Shown in pieces: positions 60,969-64,000 of a DNA stretch of 64,000 nucleotides; position 1 is the first letter of the stretch, and each line of letters begins with the position of its first letter. This stretch comes from Opitutales bacterium. Lineage in GTDB: Bacteria > Verrucomicrobiota > Verrucomicrobiia > Opitutales > JABSRG01. Both the position numbers and the translations under genes were made by a program. The stretch is taken from positions 1-64,000 of the forward strand of contig JBMYOQ010000007.1 in assembly GCA_049599475.1 (NCBI GenBank), written 5' to 3'. Under the pieces are notes generated by a model. That model searched no databases. It saw nothing but the letters and a program-made list of their open reading frames with translations, and had not been told where the DNA came from.

Positions 60969-61379
60969 TCACCCAGACTGCAGCCGGATGTCTCGGATCG
61001 CGTCGCATTCCGGGATGGCCTTGATCTTTTTAAGGATCGTCGCCTTCTGAAATAGGATTTCGTTGCGGAGGCTAGCGTTGCTTGTGGCGATGAGTAGGAC
61101 GCCTTGGGTGGTTATTTTCACGGGGCTGCAACGGTGTGCAAAGCGTCCCCCCATGATGTCTCGCCAGTGCTCCATGAGTACCCGTTCTGGTTTGGTTTGC
61201 TCGATGCCATACTGTTTAAACAAAACATCTACCAAGTTCTCGATTTCCATGGTCGACCGCATACGTGCCCGGGTCGGCTTGTAGGACACGCCCTTAAAAT
61301 CCGCGATAGTCTTGATCGCAGATTTTGAGAAGGGCAGGCCGCCTTCGGGGCTATGTTGCGGATTCCTGTTTTGGGACAT
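60969..61379 (-). CDS. DUF721/DciA family protein
   Basis: HWRDIMGGRFAHRCSPVKI...LRNEILFQKATILKKI...IRDIRL. Confidence 0.8.
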   Translation of the reverse strand: MSQNRNPQHSPEGGLPFSKSAIKTIADFKGVSYKPTRARMRSTMEIENLVDVLFKQYGIEQTKPERVLMEHWRDIMGGRFAHRCSPVKITTQGVLLIATSNASLRNEILFQKATILKKIKAIPECDAIRDIRLQSG

Positions 61380-61559
61380 GTAGTGCAGGTGGGTTGAAAA
61401 TACTCCTCAGGCAACTTGTTGGAAGGACAAACGTAAATCGATTCGAGTGTCGCTTGAAATCGGTGAAAGAACTGCTGTAAAAATCTTGCTATGAAAATGC
61501 CTAGCTTTTGTGTCTGATCGAGGCCTTTGCCTAGACTGCAACTTACCAACTGATTCCTA

Positions 61560-62600
61560 ATGAAAAATATAATTCGAGCGTTAAATGTTATTATTGCTGG
61601 TTCGAGCCTAATGTTTGTGGGCTGTGTTACCACGTCCTATACCGAAGCCAATGTTTGGACGGGTTCCGGCTATCGAGATCAGAATATTCGGCACAATGTA
61701 GTGGCAGTATCGACGATAGGCCACGCATCGGAGCAACAGGGGCGTCTCAGTGATTTTGTCATGTTGCGCGGAGCTGAATTGGCGATAGAGCGCGGATACG
61801 AATACATCACTGTTATTGCTTCTGAAGGCTTAGAAGGTGTCGAGCGTGAGGACGTCGGGGGTGATTCTTCTTTTCAATGGGGTGGTCGTGGCGCTGTGGC
61901 AGTCTTTGCGCTCTTGCATGAGCAGCATGCCCATTTTGAAAACGAATTTAATGCTAAACAGTTGGCGGCTACTTTGATTACTCGATGGGGGTTGGACGTA
62001 TCGCCCTCGTCCGGAGCCTTTGATCCAGGGACTGTCGAGCTCGAGGCTGAGTTGTTTCCAGGAATGAATGAACTGCCGGCGAAAGACGCAAAAGACGTCA
62101 TCGTCTTTACCGATCCGACGCTTGCGGGCTTTGAAGGCATATCTATAGGGATGGTCTCTGATTTCGAAAACCCGTTTGTCTCAGATTTTGATCTAGAACT
62201 TGAATTGCGTCGCCTTGCAGCTGAGTCTGGTGCAGATGCTGCAGTTGTTGGCTTTCCCCCTTACGGTCCTGAAGCAATCGTGGAAGCGCCTGCACTTACC
62301 ATGAAAGCGAGCCTTTTGCTCATTCCAGATGCCGCGTTTGGTATCCAGTGGGAGCCGGGCGAACTTGCTCTAAGCAAATATGAAATACGTCGATTTGCTG
62401 AATACAGCCGTGCGGATGATGCAGGGCTGTTGATTGGTGATCGTGTGCTGCAGATCGAAAACGTTGATATGCTGGACACGCTCGCATTCCACAAATTGTG
62501 GTTGAGCTTGAAGCCTGATCAAGAGGTCACCTTTACGGTATCGCGCGAAGGCAAAGAGATGAAGATTAAAGCCCCAGTCACCGGGAATCTGATCAACTAG
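61560..62600 (+). CDS. Lipoprotein with C-terminal PDZ domain
   Basis: Lipobox FVGC; LRGAELAIERGY; SRADDAGLLIGDRVLQIEN...VSREG. Confidence 0.75.
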   Translation: MKNIIRALNVIIAGSSLMFVGCVTTSYTEANVWTGSGYRDQNIRHNVVAVSTIGHASEQQGRLSDFVMLRGAELAIERGYEYITVIASEGLEGVEREDVGGDSSFQWGGRGAVAVFALLHEQHAHFENEFNAKQLAATLITRWGLDVSPSSGAFDPGTVELEAELFPGMNELPAKDAKDVIVFTDPTLAGFEGISIGMVSDFENPFVSDFDLELELRRLAAESGADAAVVGFPPYGPEAIVEAPALTMKASLLLIPDAAFGIQWEPGELALSKYEIRRFAEYSRADDAGLLIGDRVLQIENVDMLDTLAFHKLWLSLKPDQEVTFTVSREGKEMKIKAPVTGNLIN

Positions 62601-62623
62601 AGGAGTCGCCAGAATTTCAAAAG

Positions 62624-62654
62624 AAAAGGTCGCCCGATGATGGGCGACCTTTTT
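62624..62654. terminator. Bidirectional Rho-independent terminator
   Basis: A4-GGTCGCCC/GGGCGACC-T5 between convergent genes. Confidence 0.75.
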
Positions 62655-62678
62655 CGTATTCAAATTTTGCTTACTATT

Positions 62679-64000
62679 TTAGTCTTCGGGAAGAGTTCGA
62701 TCAGCGATGATGCCGAGGAGTTCCGTGAGGAATTCTTCCGGTTTCTTGAGACCCTCGAGTGCTTTATTGGTTCGAGAGTTTACCTTTATGAGCCCTTCTT
62801 CAGCTTCCTTTTTACCCAGTACGAGGAACGTCGGCACTTTGTCTACGTGGCACTTGCGGATCTTCGCTCCTAGTTTGTCGGCAATAGCATCGACCGTTAC
62901 GCGAATCTTAGCAGCCTTTAGGAGCTTTTCGATTTCGCGTGCTTGCGGAACAAGGTCGTCATTCATCGGAAGGATACGCACTTGTTCTGGGGCCAACCAT
63001 ATCGGGAAATTGCCTGCAAAGTGCTCGATCAATACTCCGGTGAAACGCTCAAGCGATCCGAACGGAGCCCGGTGAATCATAACCGGGCGGTGCTTCTCGT
63101 TGTCCGGACCAATGTATGTGAGGTCAAAGCGTTCGGGTAGATTGTAGTCGACTTGAACAGTACCCAACTGCCACTCGCGGCCCAAAACATCTTTGACCAC
63201 GAAATCGATCTTGGGACCATAGAATGCGGCTTCTCCAGGCTCCTCGGTGTATGGGACTCCGAGCTCGCGGACAATTTCGCGAAGCGCGTCTTCTGCTTTG
63301 TCCCAAGATTCGGGTTCGCCGACATACTTTGAGCTGTCAGGATCGCGCAGAGAGACGCGGACGCGGTAGTCACCCATATCTAGGGTTTGGAAAACGGTTT
63401 TGACCAAGTCTAGGCAGCCCCGAATTTCGTCGGCCAGCTGTTCTTCTGTACAGAAAATGTGGGCGTCGTCCTGAGTGAAGCCCCTTACCCGAGTCAGGCC
63501 GTTGAGCTCTCCAGATTGTTCCCAGCGATAAACAGTGCCGAATTCGGCGAGGCGCACGGGTAGGTTGCGATAGCTGTGTGGCTCCGAATCAAAGATCTTG
63601 ATGTGCATCGGGCAGTTCATCGGACGGAGCATAAAACCATCCATTTCACCGCTCTCGAGCTGGCTAGCGTATTCGCCAGCAGTGACACCGCCTTCAGCAA
63701 CTTTGTCAAAATCATCGCGTTCAGGAATCGCTGCGAATTGGCTTTCCTTGTAATAAGGGAAGTGGCCAGACGTGCGGAATAGATCGAGTTTTCCAATGTG
63801 TGGGGTGTAGACGATCCCGTAACCAGCGTTGCGTAATTCCTCGGAGATAAAGTCCGTAAGTGCCTCACGGACAATAGCGCCTGCGGGTTTCCATAGGATC
63901 AGGCCTTGTCCCACCTCACTATCGATTGTGAATAGCCCCAGTTCTTTGCCCAGTTTGCGGTGGTCGCGCTGCTTGGCTTGTTCGAGCTGTTCGAGATAAG
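62679..64000 (-). CDS. thrS: Threonine--tRNA ligase (5' part outside the window)
   Basis: RDHRKLGKEL at the window edge, RPMNCPMH, GLTRVRGFTQDDAH, AFYGPK, IHRAPFGSLERF. Confidence 0.98.
   Translation of the reverse strand, partial: YLEQLEQAKQRDHRKLGKELGLFTIDSEVGQGLILWKPAGAIVREALTDFISEELRNAGYGIVYTPHIGKLDLFRTSGHFPYYKESQFAAIPERDDFDKVAEGGVTAGEYASQLESGEMDGFMLRPMNCPMHIKIFDSEPHSYRNLPVRLAEFGTVYRWEQSGELNGLTRVRGFTQDDAHIFCTEEQLADEIRGCLDLVKTVFQTLDMGDYRVRVSLRDPDSSKYVGEPESWDKAEDALREIVRELGVPYTEEPGEAAFYGPKIDFVVKDVLGREWQLGTVQVDYNLPERFDLTYIGPDNEKHRPVMIHRAPFGSLERFTGVLIEHFAGNFPIWLAPEQVRILPMNDDLVPQAREIEKLLKAAKIRVTVDAIADKLGAKIRKCHVDKVPTFLVLGKKEAEEGLIKVNSRTNKALEGLKKPEEFLTELLGIIADRTLPED

Overview
Bacterial chromosomal window, most likely from the Verrucomicrobiota (Opitutales/Puniceicoccaceae-like). 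The assignment rests on a PVC-superphylum small basic protein, a planctomycete-type cytochrome c domain and an LpxC-FabZ fusion. Most of the window is housekeeping (xerC-like, cimA, obgE, ychF, rpmG, pnp, rpsO, rsmA, rsmG, lpxC-fabZ, lpxA, deoB, mog, cdd, holA, lipB, thrS, tRNA-Cys). Scattered motility and pilus genes (PilB, a pilin, FliA, FlgN-like, a degenerate flagellin-like protein, ExbB/ExbD) are linked by several sigma28-like promoter motifs. The most unusual part is 42.3-49.7 kb. There a sigma54-type promoter precedes a catalytically degenerate, membrane-anchored dynamin-like gene (frameshifted), a 605-aa protein of about 83 unbroken Ala-zipper heptads, and an HPD-less J-like/ankyrin gene; these converge on a short lid-less Hsp70. 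The window also has a 3-copy MITE-like family, GTAG-type REP elements, several probable pseudo-enzymes, a signal-peptide NiSOD without an adjacent sodX, and an S9 peptidase split by an in-frame TAG. No CRISPR array, rRNA, transposase or prophage was seen. All family calls are by motif recognition; no database searches were run.
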